The position numbers were made by a program, and so were the translations under genes. Shown here piece by piece: positions 13,418 to 27,480 of a stretch of DNA of 64,000 nucleotides. The DNA comes from Octopus sinensis (Eukaryota), in NCBI RefSeq assembly GCF_006345805.1, contig NC_042997.1, positions 83,638,001 through 83,702,000 on the forward strand, written 5' to 3'. Below the pieces are notes generated by a model. That model did not search any database. It saw only the letters and a list, made by a program, of their open reading frames with translations, and was not told where the DNA came from. Every line of letters starts with the position of its first letter. Position 1 is the stretch's first letter.

Positions 13418-13639
13418 ATATACTTGATTTTCAAGAAATAGTAGCAAAACCCTTATCAATTAAATCACAACCTACTGTCTTAAAAATAGGAAACATTGGA
13501 CAATGTAGTTTTGGGTTCTCAAAGCCTAAAAGAAATAGAAATAAAAAGATAGGATAGTCATGGCAGGAAAGCCTTTGCTCATTGTAGGTTTGTTTGAACA
13601 CAGATGACAAGGGTCTAAGCAATAACTAATACTACAAGG

Positions 13640-13995
13640 TAGTATCATGTTTATTGGAATTTTAAAGAGAGGAGCACTCCATCGGTTATGATGATGAGGG
13701 TCCCAGCTGATACGATCAGCGGAACAGCTTGCTTGTGAAATTAACATGCAAGTGGCTGAGCATCCCACAGACATGTGTATCCTTAACGTAGTTCGCAAGG
13801 AGATTCAGTGTGACAGAGAATGCGACAAGGCTGGCCCTTTGAAATACAGGTGCTACTCAATTTTGCCAGCTGAGTGGACTGGAGCAACGTGAAATAAAGT
13901 GTCTTGCTCAAGGACACAATGTGTTGCTGGGAATTGAACTCACGACCTCACGATCATGAGCCAAATGCCATAACCACTAAGCCACGTGCCCTCAC
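13640..13995 (-). mobile_element. tRNA-headed CORE-like SINE (family D)
   Basis: Minus strand gtgagggcacgtggcttagtggtt (A box) ... gtgagttcaattccc (B box), then tgtccttgagcaagacactttatttcacgttgctccagtccactcagctg (CORE-like domain). Confidence 0.85.
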
Positions 13996-14229
13996 TATTA
14001 TTAGAGTAAATAACAAGGGAAACAAGATTAGTAAGCAACAAAGAATGCATCAGTTACACATTTCAAATGGCAGAACTATGACCATTACTGTTGAGCCAAC
14101 AAAGAATCTACAATGTGGTGTCTTAACCAGCTAGAAATAGTAAGTCAAATTTCCTCAAAACACACCCTAGTCTTAAGACAAAAAACTAAAACAAGACAAA
14201 GCAAGTGTTGTGTTAGATATATAAAAACA

Positions 14230-14780
14230 CAGTCTGAAATGCATTTGACCTGGGGCTAAACAGCAACAGTGAGGATTATGACGACGATCATGATGATGAC
14301 AATGATGATGACGTCGATGAGGACGATGATGAGGGTGATAATCATGATGATGATGAGGAGGAACTGGAGAAGCAGGGTGGAGAGTAGGAAGAAGAGGAGC
14401 AGGGGATGATGATAAGGAGGAAGAGGAGAAAGATGAGGATGATGACAATGATGACGATGACAATCATTATGACAACAATGTAGATGACGATGACGACGAC
14501 AACAACGATGATGGTGATGATGACAATGGTGGTAACTTTACCAGCCCCCACAACAGTCAGCAATAACAACAACAGTAGCAACAAAACAAAACATCAGTAA
14601 CAATGGTATACAGTAGTATCAATAACAACACAACGACTACAAGAACTGCAACAATAAAAAACAACAACAACAATAGCATTAGCAACACCACCAATAGCAA
14701 CATAAAAAAATAGCAACACAACCACCACCACTGCCACCAACAACAACAACATGAAAAGCAAAAACTGTAGCAGTAACAAG
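14230..14780. repeat. Degenerate (GAT/GAC/CAA)n low-complexity tract
   Basis: Directly visible trinucleotide runs. They explain the low-complexity ORFs here. Confidence 0.9.
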
Positions 14781-15425
14781 AAGAACATTAAAAACAAGAA
14801 CCCTACCCTCTACAAACACACAAGAAATAAAAAGCAGAAATCAACAGCAGCAGTAGCGGCCTCAGCAGCATCAACATTAAACAGCAAAGCACACAACCCG
14901 ACCAATAAACAGGCAAATCCAAAGATTTTTATTTTTGTCCCTGCCAGCCTTCCATAGCAAGCCCATGACACATGCCAGTAATGATGGATGGCTTGCTAAG
15001 GCTTCTCCAGCATAAATGGCACTTTATATATTTCAGAGACTGCTGAAAACCAGTAAACCCATACCTCTACCCACCAACAAACACACCACCATCACTACCT
15101 GCCAGCCAGCCAACCGGCCAACCAACCCACCCAAACACATCTCAACCACTTCCACTTCCTCTACCATAGCCTTTCCTCCTTTCTTCTCTAAGTCTCCTCT
15201 CTCTGTTTCTGTCTGTCTCTCTCTCTCTCCTCTGCCTCTCCATCTAGGAGCACCAAGAAATTTTATTCTAATTTATTAGTTTATTTATTAGTTTATGTTT
15301 ATTTCTATTTCAGAAAATACTGTTAGTGTCACTGGCCAGATTACTACTTACTGTTTGTTCATGGGTGGACAGGCGACTGGGTGACAGGTGGAGGAGGATG
15401 GTGGTGGGGAGTAAGACAGAAAGGA

Positions 15426-15458
<33 letters not shown>

Positions 15459-16017
15459 CTCCAGACACATCCACCCCTTCCCTTTCTCTCTTTCTCTCTC
15501 CCTTGTACTCCTCCTCCTCTTCCAGGCTCCATTTCCAAACATTACTATATGTCCACCCCCTCCTGATCCATTGCCATTCTTGCACACCCAACAATCCACA
15601 AACAGTGACCACCACCTCCAAACAACTGTAACAACCATCATCTTCATCATCATCACCACTATGATATACCACTACCATCATCACTCCCACCACTGCCACC
15701 ACCAAAGCCAGTAGCATCAGCACTTCCACCAACACCATATTGACTACTACTACTATAGCCACTACCACCACAGTCACCCTCACATAATCCAACCCAGAGC
15801 AAACCATCAAACCCAGAACAACCATCACCAACTTCACCACCATCACATTCATCATATCTACCACCACTACCACCACCAGCATGTATCCTACATTGCATGC
15901 ACTTCTACAACCCCACTCCATCCATCCATCCATTCATGCACCCATCCATCCATGCTTCCATCTATCCACAAAGATCCTCTTACCACTACCACCATACCAT
16001 TTGCACTATCTCACACA

Positions 16018-16067
<50 letters not shown>

Positions 16068-16377
16068 CATACAAACATATATATGCATACACACACACAC
16101 ACACATGCAGGCATATACTTTTATATCAATACACATATATACAAACGTAAATACAGATAAACATTAACATTCACACACATACACACGAACATACATAATT
16201 TTAGTTCCCACCAATAACTTAGCTGGGAAGGAGTAAAATTGAAAACAAAAAAGAGAAAACAAGCGATGGTGATGAAGGGGAAGTGGTAAAAGTAACAGAA
16301 GTGGTGGTGGGAATGCAGGTGGTGGTGGTGATGTAGGTGATGTCAAAAAGTTTTAGGAGGTGGACCAAAGATAAATG

Positions 16378-16442
<65 letters not shown>
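16378..16442. repeat. (GATA)n tetranucleotide microsatellite
   Basis: About 16 perfect GATA units. Confidence 0.95.
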
Positions 16443-18502
16443 GTGGGGGCTAGGGTAAGAGAGACAGAAGGTGAGAAGGGAGCAGAAGGAAAGTAGAAAG
16501 AAAAGACAAAAGAAAGAAAAATGAAGAAGCAGGAAAGACTAGGAGAGAGAGAAAGGGAGAGAAAGAGAGATGGTGGCATAATGTGATGAAAACAATGAAA
16601 TTGATAGAGTAGAATAAATTGGAGAGGAGAGAGAGAGATAGGGAGACAGACAAGACATAATGTACTTAGTTATCTCACACTATAAACTAAGGTAATGGTG
16701 AGCCTGTCTTCAGATACTATTTCTCAAGCCAAGACATCTTGGCAAAACTGTAGGTCCTTTTCCAGGCTGTGGATGGACTGTAGGAACTGAATAGTAGCAC
16801 AACAAGGCAATGGCAGGAAATCAACAATTTTACAGTGCTGCTGTTACTGCTGTAAGTTTCTTAGAGCAGTTACAGATTAGTTCCTCATCTTGCAGTAACT
16901 ACATAAGGCTAAGCAAACTGGGCTGTTGTGAATTAAACGCCTTGATCATAGACAGACACTACAGCAGAAGTCATCAACTTTTGTCTTTCCATTCCCTACT
17001 TTTACTTGTATCAGCCATTTGACTGTGGCCATGCTGGAGCACTGTCTGGAATGGTTCAGCTGAACAAACCAACTCCAGTACTTAGTTTTTAAGCCTGCTA
17101 CTTATTCTATCAGTCTCTTTTATTGAACAGCAAAATTACAGGGATATAAACAAATCAACACTGGTTGTACACACACAAACAAACACACACACACACACAG
17201 TGAGGGATTATCAATCTGGGCAAAATACTTCATAAGCTCTCTGTTGGCACACCAAGCTTACAATATTACTCATATTAGTGAAGAACTCCAGGTAATCTTG
17301 TGGTAGGGTCCAAAGTTAAGGTTCATCACAATTCTATATTAGTAAATCTGTGGATGGGTTCCAGACAAACTGGTTTTTACACAGAGGGATATATAAGAAA
17401 CAAGTTAAAAATAATGGTCATTACATATTTTTAACTTGTTTCTTATACATATATACTAGCAATGTACTCTGGTGTTACCCAGGTGTTATGACCTACAGTT
17501 ACATTGTATTATTTGTTTCTTTCTTATGGGCAGAATCGGCACATGAGGAATATGAAGCAAGCAACTCCTCTTTATAAACATGCTTTCTGTCATTTTCTGA
17601 TGCACAACGCTGCAGTTTCTGTCTACCAAATTCAGTGACAAGTCTGTGGTTGGCCAAGGGCTATAGTAGAAAACATGGAACATGGAACCACGTGGTTGGG
17701 AAGCAAACTTCTCAACCACACAGTCATTCTTGCACCTAATATGTGTGTGTTTACAATTTTTGTTAAATTGCATATTGTGTCCCACTCTGTCTCAAAGTTA
17801 GCAGTTCTTCAAGCAGAGATCTATAAAATAAATGTCAGATTGAAATATGATCAATTAAATTTTTGAAGGTGATACCTGTCATGTAGACAGTCAAAAGACT
17901 AAACCCAATAAAATGATGTCTAAAGACTTAATGGCTTCAAATTTAAGGTAATGGATTACTAACCACAAGATAATGAGTTCAAAACTTTGTATTGAATTTC
18001 CACTGTATATGATAATACTATATGTACATCTCAGTTTCATTCCCTGGTTAAACTCCATGTATTTTAAGCATTTTCTCATTATGCTCTATTTAAGACATTG
18101 TTTAGGCAGAGTTGCCTCCCTTAGCTAAAAAAACCTCAAAATTGTGTGACCCGACCTTGCTTTCGAGGTTATTTTTATTGTAAAAAAGAATTGTTGTGCA
18201 AAAAGTATACTTCATTTGATAGCTGAAAGATTACTGAATCTTTTGATATCTCATATGTCAAAATTAGCAACTCAGTTTTCAAATCCATAAGGAACATGTG
18301 CAGGCATGCACACACACACAAACTGTTTATATATATATATGTATATTGTTATATTTGGGGATGGTCATTTTCTCTTGCTCCCCCCCCCCAATAAACATGC
18401 ACTATCTATTTGATCTTCACTTTAGCTTTATTATCAGTTCTTTTGTCATTCTGTAATCTCATCAATCACTTTCTGTTCCTTGTGTCTCTACACTTCTCCT
18501 AC

Positions 18503-18557
<55 letters not shown>

Positions 18558-18798
18558 ACACACACACAAATGAATATATATATGCATACACAGGCCAGTT
18601 CCTATCAAACTGTCCAACCCATGCTAGCATGAAAAATGAATGTTAAATGATGATGATGATGATGATGATGATGAAGGAACTGACCAACCTAAGACATTTG
18701 TAGAAGACCTTATCTCAAGGTAACATACAGTAAAAATCAGTCCCTAAAGAATGTTGAGATCCACATTCCTGAACCATATGATGATAATGATGATGGTG

Positions 18799-18833
<35 letters not shown>

Positions 18834-19460
18834 TGTAATGTGTCTATAAAATATTGATATAGATATGTGTTTGTGTATTGTATATCGTTACCATATTGAT
18901 AATGTTTAAATGCTTCAAAAAGTGATTGAAGCTATTGTTTTAAGTTGTGACACAATGTTTATCTTTCCCTAGGATCGAACACTTTTTCATTTTATAATTG
19001 TATTGGTTTGGAGGAAAGAGGTTGTCTTCATGTTCATCTCAGGTTTGCAGGTTTTCTGAAACTAATGAGATCAACATGCTTAGTTGGTATTTTCATTACT
19101 GAAAAGACATCACTTTGTTCTCAACTGTATCAAAGGGAAGAGAGGCATGTACAATTAAGTGTCCTGCATCAGAAATTTGAAAACTTTGTATTGAATTTGA
19201 AATTTATGGGGAGGTCAGCTGCTGGTCATATGTTGTATTTAATTAATGAGCTTTTCTCTTGAAATGTCATAGAAATTTTGTTAAAATCACAGTTTCAGGG
19301 CCAGGTTTTTATAACACTACAAAATAATTGATTAAATTCATAAAATCTGGACAATGTAAGTAATAACAGATTACATAGCTAAAATCTATAAAGAATATTA
19401 AAAAAATATAATCAGAAAATACATCTTATGATTTCTGAACATAAATACAAAGATGCTCTC

Positions 19461-19544
<84 letters not shown>

Positions 19545-19550
19545 CACACA

Positions 19551-20385
19551 CAGGGTGTGATGGATAAATTGTCACCATTTTATATATTTAATTTCATGCA
19601 TTGTTTGCTTTTGATTTTGTCGATTACACAGAATACTAGGGTCAGTTGGACACCACCTGTGAGAAAAACAGCACCAAGTCACAATTCACTCTGCCAGAAA
19701 TTTGAAAATGACATGCTGTATTGCTTGGTGTTCATGCCGGAAGCTCCAATATGAACATTTCAGAGTGTTTGGGTGTCAATCTGAGGACAGTACAGAGGAT
19801 TCAGAAAGAGCTGGATGACTCTAATGGTGATTACGAAGGTACAGCAGCTCAGAAAACTCATTCTGATCGTCCTGATAAGAAAAGAACTGAATTTGGTGGT
19901 GAGATCCAGACCATGATTGACAATGATCTCTCCAAGTTAATCAGGTCCATAGTCAGGGACATGGGAATGTCTGAGTTTCTTATTAGGCAAGTAGTGCATG
20001 AAGACATTTGGTACCCACTTCATACAAGATGTGAAAGGGTCAATTTTTATCCCAAGCCATCAAGGACAAGAGGAAAGACAATGCTACAAAGCTTCTGAAC
20101 AAACTCAAACATCCCCTCCAACTGAACAGGTTTTGGTTTTTCTCAGATGAGAAAACTTTCTGCCAGGATCAGATGGTGAACACACAGAACAACTGTTGGC
20201 TCGCCATGTCCCCAAAATATGTACCAAGGATGATAAAAATCAAACATCCAGTCAATATCATGGTGTTTGGAGTCACCACTAGTGATGGTGATGTTATGCA
20301 TCCATTCATCTTCCACATGGCCTCATACTCAACAAGGAAGCTTACATTAAGTGCCTGGAAGTGGCTGTGCTGCCCTGGGTCAAGA
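19551..20385 (+). mobile_element. IS630-Tc1-mariner transposon (maT/DD37D family), 5' part; transposase pseudogene
   Basis: 5' end cagggtgtgatggataaattgtc. Frames give NISECLGVNLRTVQRI, WFFSDEK and KHPVNIMVFGV with frameshifts. Homologous to 58006-58878. Confidence 0.85.
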
Positions 20386-20495
20386 GTAGAAGGTCATAAA
20401 ATTTTCCCATATTGAAAAAAGTTATTTTATAGTTCATGGTTAGCAACTAGTGTTACTATGTATATGAATAAAACTCCAAATTGAGGGAATGGAGC

Positions 20496-20610
20496 AGGTA
20501 AAATCCAGGCTACATATGTTTCCTAGCTAGCAGAACCTTGAAAGTAATAATTACTCAATGAAAGGTACTCCACTAGCTACTCATCAGGTTGAAGATATCT
20601 TAGTTAAATG
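20496..20610 (-). repeat. Short dispersed repeat with a hammerhead-like core (copy 1)
   Basis: About 110 bp homologous to 30001-30110. The minus strand carries CTGATGA...GAAAC. Confidence 0.7.
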
Positions 20611-21179
20611 AAGGTTACATTATTGTTAAGGAATCCCAAGTTAATTCGCAGGAGATTTGATCAAAAATATATATATATATATATAGCATGGGGAACGGAC
20701 GCTAAATGATGATGATGATGATAGTCAACACTGTCATCATTCAATGTACGCACTTTTTCATGCTTGCATGAGTCAGATAGAATTTGTTGAAGCAAGTTTT
20801 TCTACAGCCAAATGCCCTTCCTATGGCCAACCCTCACTCATTTCTTAGCAAAGTAATATTTACTCATGACCAGACTTACTTTCATAAAAGTAATGGAAAT
20901 GAAAATCGTATGGATGATGGTGATGCTTATTTACAATCATCATAGTATGTAAAAACAAGGGTATGCACAAACACACACACACACACACACTGACAGGCTT
21001 CTTTCAGATACCATCTACCAAATCCACTCATAAGGCTTTTGGTTGGCCCATGGCTATAGTAGAAGACACTTGCCCAAGAGTACAGTGCTGATTGGTAGTG
21101 AGTGCTTGGCACTGAATGCTGAAAATCCCTGAAAGATGAATAAACATAAATGTGCATCATCAACTTGCATGAAAAGCAG

Positions 21180-21360
21180 ACCAAATGTAAATTGAGTTTC
21201 CAAGGTACCCACTGACAAATGGAACATACAGAACAGATAAGATAGATCCAGGAAGATATAAGAATATATGTTGAAGTCAGATCTCAGGATGTGCAGCCTC
21301 TTAGATAACAGGGTCTAGGGCAGAGTGAAATAGCTATGTGTCATTCAGCAGACCTTTCCA
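21180..21360 (+). mobile_element. Degraded RTE 3'-end fragment
   Basis: KCKLSFQGTH*QMEHTEQIR*IQEDIR weakly resembles the RTE C-terminus. Confidence 0.35.
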
Positions 21361-21370
21361 ACTCATGTTT

Positions 21371-21767
21371 ACTCTTTTACTTGTTTCAGTCATTTGATTG
21401 TAGCCATGCTAGAGCACTGCCTTTAGTTGAGCAAATCGACCCCAGAACTTATTCTTAGGAAGCCTAATACTTATTCTATCAGTCTCTTTTGCCGAACTGC
21501 AAAGTTACGGGGGACATGAACACACCATCATTGATTGTCAAGTGATGGGGGGAAAAACACAGACACACAAACATATACACACTCATACATATATACATAC
21601 ATACGACGGGCTTCTTTCAGTTTCCATCTACCAAATCCACTCACAAGGCTTTGGTTGGCCCGAGACTATAGTAGAAGACACTTGCCCAAGGTGTCACGCA
21701 GTGGGAATGAACCCGGAACCATGTGGTTGGTAGGCAAGCTACTTACCACACAACCCCTCCTGTGCCT
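21371..21767 (-). mobile_element. SINE family A, full length, low divergence
   Basis: Complete head (aggcacaggaggggttgtgtggtaagtagcttgcc...ggttccgggttcattccc on the minus strand) through the tail. Confidence 0.9.
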
Positions 21768-22251
21768 ATAAAAAGGTTTGAAAACACCTGGTTCCTTCAG
21801 TGTGGCCATCTACCAGGAATCCCAGATATCGATGTTTTAAGTTTCTTGGTGCTTGTCAATGAGATGTGCATGAAAACTTTAGTTAAATAATTGATGATGA
21901 TAAAGAGGAAGCCCATTCAATGGCTATGCACCTCTCCTATAAAAACAAAGTTGTTTCGAGATAAATTTAATTTTCTAGCTGGCAAACAACAGAGTATTTA
22001 AGTGCATCTAATTGGAAGGGGAATACATGTCAAGATCTAAAAAACATGACAAAAGATCAGATCTCTCCTCACCACCACCACACACACACATACAACATAC
22101 TTATTGCACCTTTATAGCTCTTGCTGTAAAGAACTTGCAAGAACTGAGTTACAGTAGCAGCCTTTGCATTACTGCATAACTTAAGCTGAATTCTTTTTTG
22201 CTAACTTTCATTTATAATATTTGTCAATTTAAACAGAACTTAGTTTTTAAA

Positions 22252-22468
22252 CCCTTTACTATTCAGATTCTTTGTCAAATGTATTGCTTATTTTATTTAC
22301 ATTGTCTTGAATTAATCATGCATTATCTTATAGCTTTGAGATTTTGATGATGTATTGCTTATTTTCAGAATGACATTGTAGGGTAGGTGTGAGAGGTTGG
22401 AGCCAGTTAGTTTTAGCATAAAACATAGAATATTTATGCCAGATATGGCTGGTTTAAATGCTAAAGGA
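22252..22468. mobile_element. piggyBac-type MITE family 2
   Basis: ttaa(a)ccctttactattcag ... ggtttaaatgctaaagga. Homologous to 8761-8980. Confidence 0.75.
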
Positions 22469-24315
22469 CTAAAACTTGTTTGTTCTTGACTGAATGGTTT
22501 GCTTCAGAAATATAGGTCCCTGAGTTTGACAACCCACCCCATTTGTAGCATTTTGGGCAAGTGCCTCCAATTTTAATCTAGGGTCTACCTAAAAACTAAT
22601 GAGTAAAACTGGGTAGATGGAAACTGAGTAGAAGCTTGTGAGCTGGACAAGACCAGTAAAAAGGCCTTGTCAAATAGTGATTTGTGGTAAGTCTATCTGA
22701 GAATTTCTTTTAGTGCATAGCTTGATGATTTGGTAAGATCCATTGATCAACTAACTGGAATACATGTCATCAAAACTAACAAATGGGATATCCACCTTTC
22801 TCTTTACATTGAGAGAAATTTCTGTTTTTATTAAATTACTCAAACTCACATATGATACTCTCTATCCACCACCGAATCATGCTTCAACTATTCTCACTTT
22901 CTTCCTCTCTCCCCTTCTCTCTCTCTCTCTCTCTCTTACATTTTGATGTTTATGATCTAGTAGACTGCTCTAGTTTTTCTAAGACTATTACAATCACCAC
23001 TACTACTACTGCTGCTGCTGCTGCCACTACTACTACTACTACTACTACTACTAACCGCCACCATCACCACTACTACCAACACAAAGTGTGAATCTCTGTA
23101 GGGCCAAATTCTCTCAAATTGCACACAACAAACTGGGAAAAGAATACACTGAAAAACCTTTGATTAAAAGTTGTTTGCTCAATATGGAACCTAGGGCTAA
23201 ACAACAACAGCCACTGCTGATGCTGATGCCTCCATTACATGATAAAGAGCCTCAAACTCCTGACAGTCTAAAGGACTAACTAAGACATGTCCATGGTTGT
23301 CTCTTGCCTGCAAGCAAAAATCAGATTTTCCTTCCTCTAAGCTTGTAATTTTACATGGAGGGATTAACTCTTTAATTTCTTGAAATTATCTCCCCACCTT
23401 TGAGTGTTACTAACAATAGCAATTAGGTTTATTAGATTCTTAATTAATTGAAATCCCCCCTCTTATTTGAAACTAAGAGGGAAATTGCAATTGAAGTAAT
23501 CCCTCAGCATATCACGGTTCACCTATCCTGGTTTATTATTTAAGCTTATGTTGATTCCTCTGTGGTGTTGTTTTATATTTAAATACAATAAATACATACA
23601 AACTATATAAATAATAAAAAAAAAAATACAGTACAGTAATGTTTCTACTTTGCAGATTTTCAGCTATCGCCAGCGGTGGGGGGAGGGATATAACAGTCGA
23701 GGGATTACTGTAATTAACAAATTTATTTTGGTGGTGGTGGTGGGGAGGGAGTTACATGGCTGTCAGTATATAGTCCTTTGAGTTAATTATTAAAATTCAT
23801 GCCACTGATCTGTACCATAAATTAGAAGTTTGCTTCCTCATCACGTGTTTGGGTTCAGTCTCACAACATGGCACCTTGGGTATGTAAGTGTCTTTCACTA
23901 TAACCCTGGGCCAACCAAAACTTTGAGAGTGAAATTGGTAGACAAACTGAAAGCCCACTATACACGCATATATGTGTATGTATACAGACAGACACATATG
24001 TATATACACATATATGCTTTTATTCTTTTAATTGTTTCAGTCATTTGACTGTGACTATACTGGAGCACCACCTTAAAGGGTTATAGTTGAAGAAATCGCC
24101 CCCAGGAATTATTCTTTGTAAGCCTAGTACTCATTTTATCGGTTTCTTTTGCCAAACTGCTAAGTTATGGGGGTGTAAATACACCAACATCGGCTGTCAA
24201 GTGATGGTGGGGGAATAAACACAGACACACAAAACACATACATAAATGTATATATATACACACACATACATACATACATACACACATACACACGCATATA
24301 TATATATATATATAC

Positions 24316-24346
<31 letters not shown>

Positions 24347-24784
24347 TGTATGGGTGTGTCTTCTTTCGTGCCTTGTCATGGCATGATAGTTATCTATGAA
24401 TGTCACCATCATGGAAAAGTGGACATTAAAATGATGATGATGATTGATCCATTTGCATCATTTTCCCATATGGATGAAGAAAAAAAAATTCCACCATGGT
24501 CAACATTGCCTTTCATCCTTTTGATATGTGTGTGTGGGTCAGTGTGTGTGTGGTAGGATTGATGAAATAAGTACCAACTGAGCACTAGGTGTGATATAAT
24601 CGACTAGACTCCACCCCTCACCCTGCAAATTTCATACCTTGTGTCTATAGTAGAGAGAGTTATTTCTCATATCTCATTTTAGATTTACTTATTTCTTAAC
24701 AGTCTAGCTTAGAGAAGAGAGGTAAACCAAATCAACACCTTAAGTACACAGAAGCAAACCAGTAAGCAACTGCCACTCACACTC

Positions 24785-24958
24785 AAGGCAGCAGTATTTT
24801 GTCTGCTACTATGATCTCAGTTCAAATTCCACTGAGGTCAACTTTGCCTTTCATCCTTTTGGGGTCGATAAATTGAGCACCAGTTATGTACTGGCATTGA
24901 TCTAACTGACTGGCTCCCTCCCACCAAATTTCAGGCCTTGTATCTATAGTAGAAGGAA
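24785..24958 (+). mobile_element. SINE family B, internally deleted
   Basis: aaggcagcag...ctcagttcaaattccactgaggtcaactttgcctttcatcctttt. Confidence 0.75.
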
Positions 24959-25929
24959 TCACTGATACACACACATTCATAAACACATGCACACACACTT
25001 ACTCTATCTCCCTCTCTTTTCTCTCTCACTTTCAACTAGTTTGACAAAAGGTCATGAAGTGCAAGACCAGTAATCAACAGTTGAAGGCAACTACTTATTT
25101 ATTCATTCATTCATTCAATCACAACTCTTCACCCATTTCAATTCCTGTCTTAAGTCTCTAAATGAGGCAGCTCCATAGCTTAATCCAGTATTTTTAAGTT
25201 AACAGCTCCTCTCCCCCTCCTCCCTCTCTGTCTCTCTGTCCTTCCCTATTTTTCTCTATGGCTCTCCCTTCTTCTCACCAAAATGTGTCAGTGGAAAACA
25301 AGAACATCTTTAAAATCATCTAATCAAATACTTTCTACTTCTGCCAAACTGGAAAATGAGTGACTGACTGACTATACTGCTCTCCAACCTCCAACCACAA
25401 AAATAAAAGAATACATGAAATAAAATAATAAACAAACAAACAATACAAATATGGAAAAAAAACAAAAGAAAAACTGTAAGGCATTCAATATTCCCTGTTA
25501 CCACTACCACTGCCACCACCGCCACCATACTGCCACTGCAGCACATTTCCTTGCAAAAAATCTAGCAATCAAAATCAAGAAAAACAGCTTGAAAACAAAA
25601 GTGACAAAAAAATGTACCACCTCACTGACACTGGCACTAGCAAAAAAAAAAAAAACCCAAAAAACAGAAACAAACTAGAAATACTTTACAAAACAAATAA
25701 AATAAATCTCATAAAGAAACAGAATAATGACAAAAACCAATAGATAATTAAGCTTGATACTTAATCTGTTTGTTGAAGCTAGAGTGTTAAGAAGTATCAA
25801 TGTTAATTGTGACACAACAACGATGATGATGATGATGAAGAGGGTGCTGGTGTTGGTGATAATGGGTTGGTGATGGTGATGAAGGAGGGGGTGATGATGT
25901 GTTGGTAATGGTGCAGAGGATGGTTTTTG

Positions 25930-26368
25930 TAGTTGTTATTGTTGAACCCAGTGTCAATCCTGATTGAGCAGATCCCTGATCGAAAGCATCATGCTTGTGA
26001 TGATTCCCTAAAGACTCCACCCTCCACCCACCTACTTTGGGTCACAAATAATGGCCATGGGATTGCACCTAGAAAGTTCCCCTCCAAGGCACAAGTCTGT
26101 GTAAGGTTGTTTTGTGGGAGACCAGCCAGTTGCCCATGCATACCAGCCTCCCCTCTCCATGCCAGAGATGTTGTCCAAGGGAACAGCAAAAGCCAATACA
26201 GCTTGGCACCAGTGACACCACAACTCATTTCTACAGCTGAGTGAACTGGAGCAATGTGAAATAAAGTATCTTGCTCAAGAACACAACACACAGCCTAGTC
26301 CAGAAATTGAACTCACAACCTCATGATTGTAAGCCCGACACTCTAACCACTGAGCCATGTGCCTTCAC
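25930..26368 (-). mobile_element. CORE-like SINE with a different 3' tail (family E)
   Basis: Minus strand gtgaaggcacatggctcagtggtt head and tgtgttcttgagcaagatactttatttcacattgctccagttcactcagctg core. The tail differs from family D. Confidence 0.8.
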
Positions 26369-26717
26369 TGTGAAGCATCTTGCTGTCTTATCCATGTCTT
26401 ATTCAACACTACCACCCCTCACACACATACATGTATGGGTAGGGTGGTGTGTATCCACTCCAAGATTGAACTGCATTATGCATTGCATTCTTTTCTGAGA
26501 TGTAAAAGCGAAATGTGAGAGAAATCTGATTGCTACTTCTAGTAGGCAGAGCAACCACTTCTATTTGCTTCAATCATTGGATGTTGGCCATGCTTCAGCA
26601 TTGCCTTGAAGGATTTCACTTAGTACTTCTTGACCATTTTTCACCTATGGACCCCCTTTGGTTCATATTTTACTCTGTTGGACTCCCTTAGCCATTTGAA
26701 GTTTAAAAAATCCCATA

Positions 26718-27108
26718 TTCTTTTACTTGTTTCAGTCAATTGACAGCCATGCTGAAGCACCACCTTAAAGGGTTATAGTTGAAGAAATAGACACTCAGGA
26801 CTTATTCTTTGTAAGCTTAAAACTTATTTTATTGGTCTCTTTTGCTGAACTGCTAAGTTCTGGGAACATAAACACACCAGCATCAGTTGTCAAGTGATGG
26901 CTGGGGAACAAACAGACATGCACACAAATATATACAGATATAGATGACAGGTTTCTTTCAGTTTCCGTCTACCAAATTTACTCACAAGGCTTTGGTTGGC
27001 CTGAGGCTATAGTAGAAGACACTTGCCCAAGGTGTTACACAGTGGGGCTGAACCTAGAACCATGTGGCTGGAAAGCTAGCTTCTTACCATACAGCCACAT
27101 CTGTGCCT
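26718..27108 (-). mobile_element. SINE family A, full length
   Basis: Head-to-tail match to 21371-21767. Confidence 0.9.
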
Positions 27109-27480
27109 ATATCTAATTATAAATTAAATATTGTTAGGAATTGTATAAAAAAATTGTTAAAATATTCTGTGTTTTGTAGAAATATAACCAATTTATTGCA
27201 CATTAAGTTTTAACAACAAAATCTTATGTGAACCCTAAGGACCGTATGGACCCTAGTTGAGAACTACTGGTTTAAGCTGAACAAATCTGACCCCAGTTTT
27301 AGTTTTAAGGTACATCTTACAGATGCTCTGAGATGCATCGTTAGTGATGTTTCTGGGGTCTCAAGGGGTTTGAACATCAGTCCCCCCCCCAACCCAATTG
27401 ATCCAGCTGAGATTGAATCAATCACAGTACTTAATTTTTTTTTTAAAGTCTAGCACATATTTCACCAGTTTCTTTCATCA

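Noticed and set aside
13900-13995. tRNA-like segments here and at other SINE heads
   Set aside because: They continue directly into SINE bodies and lack a complete cloverleaf, so they are not tRNA genes.
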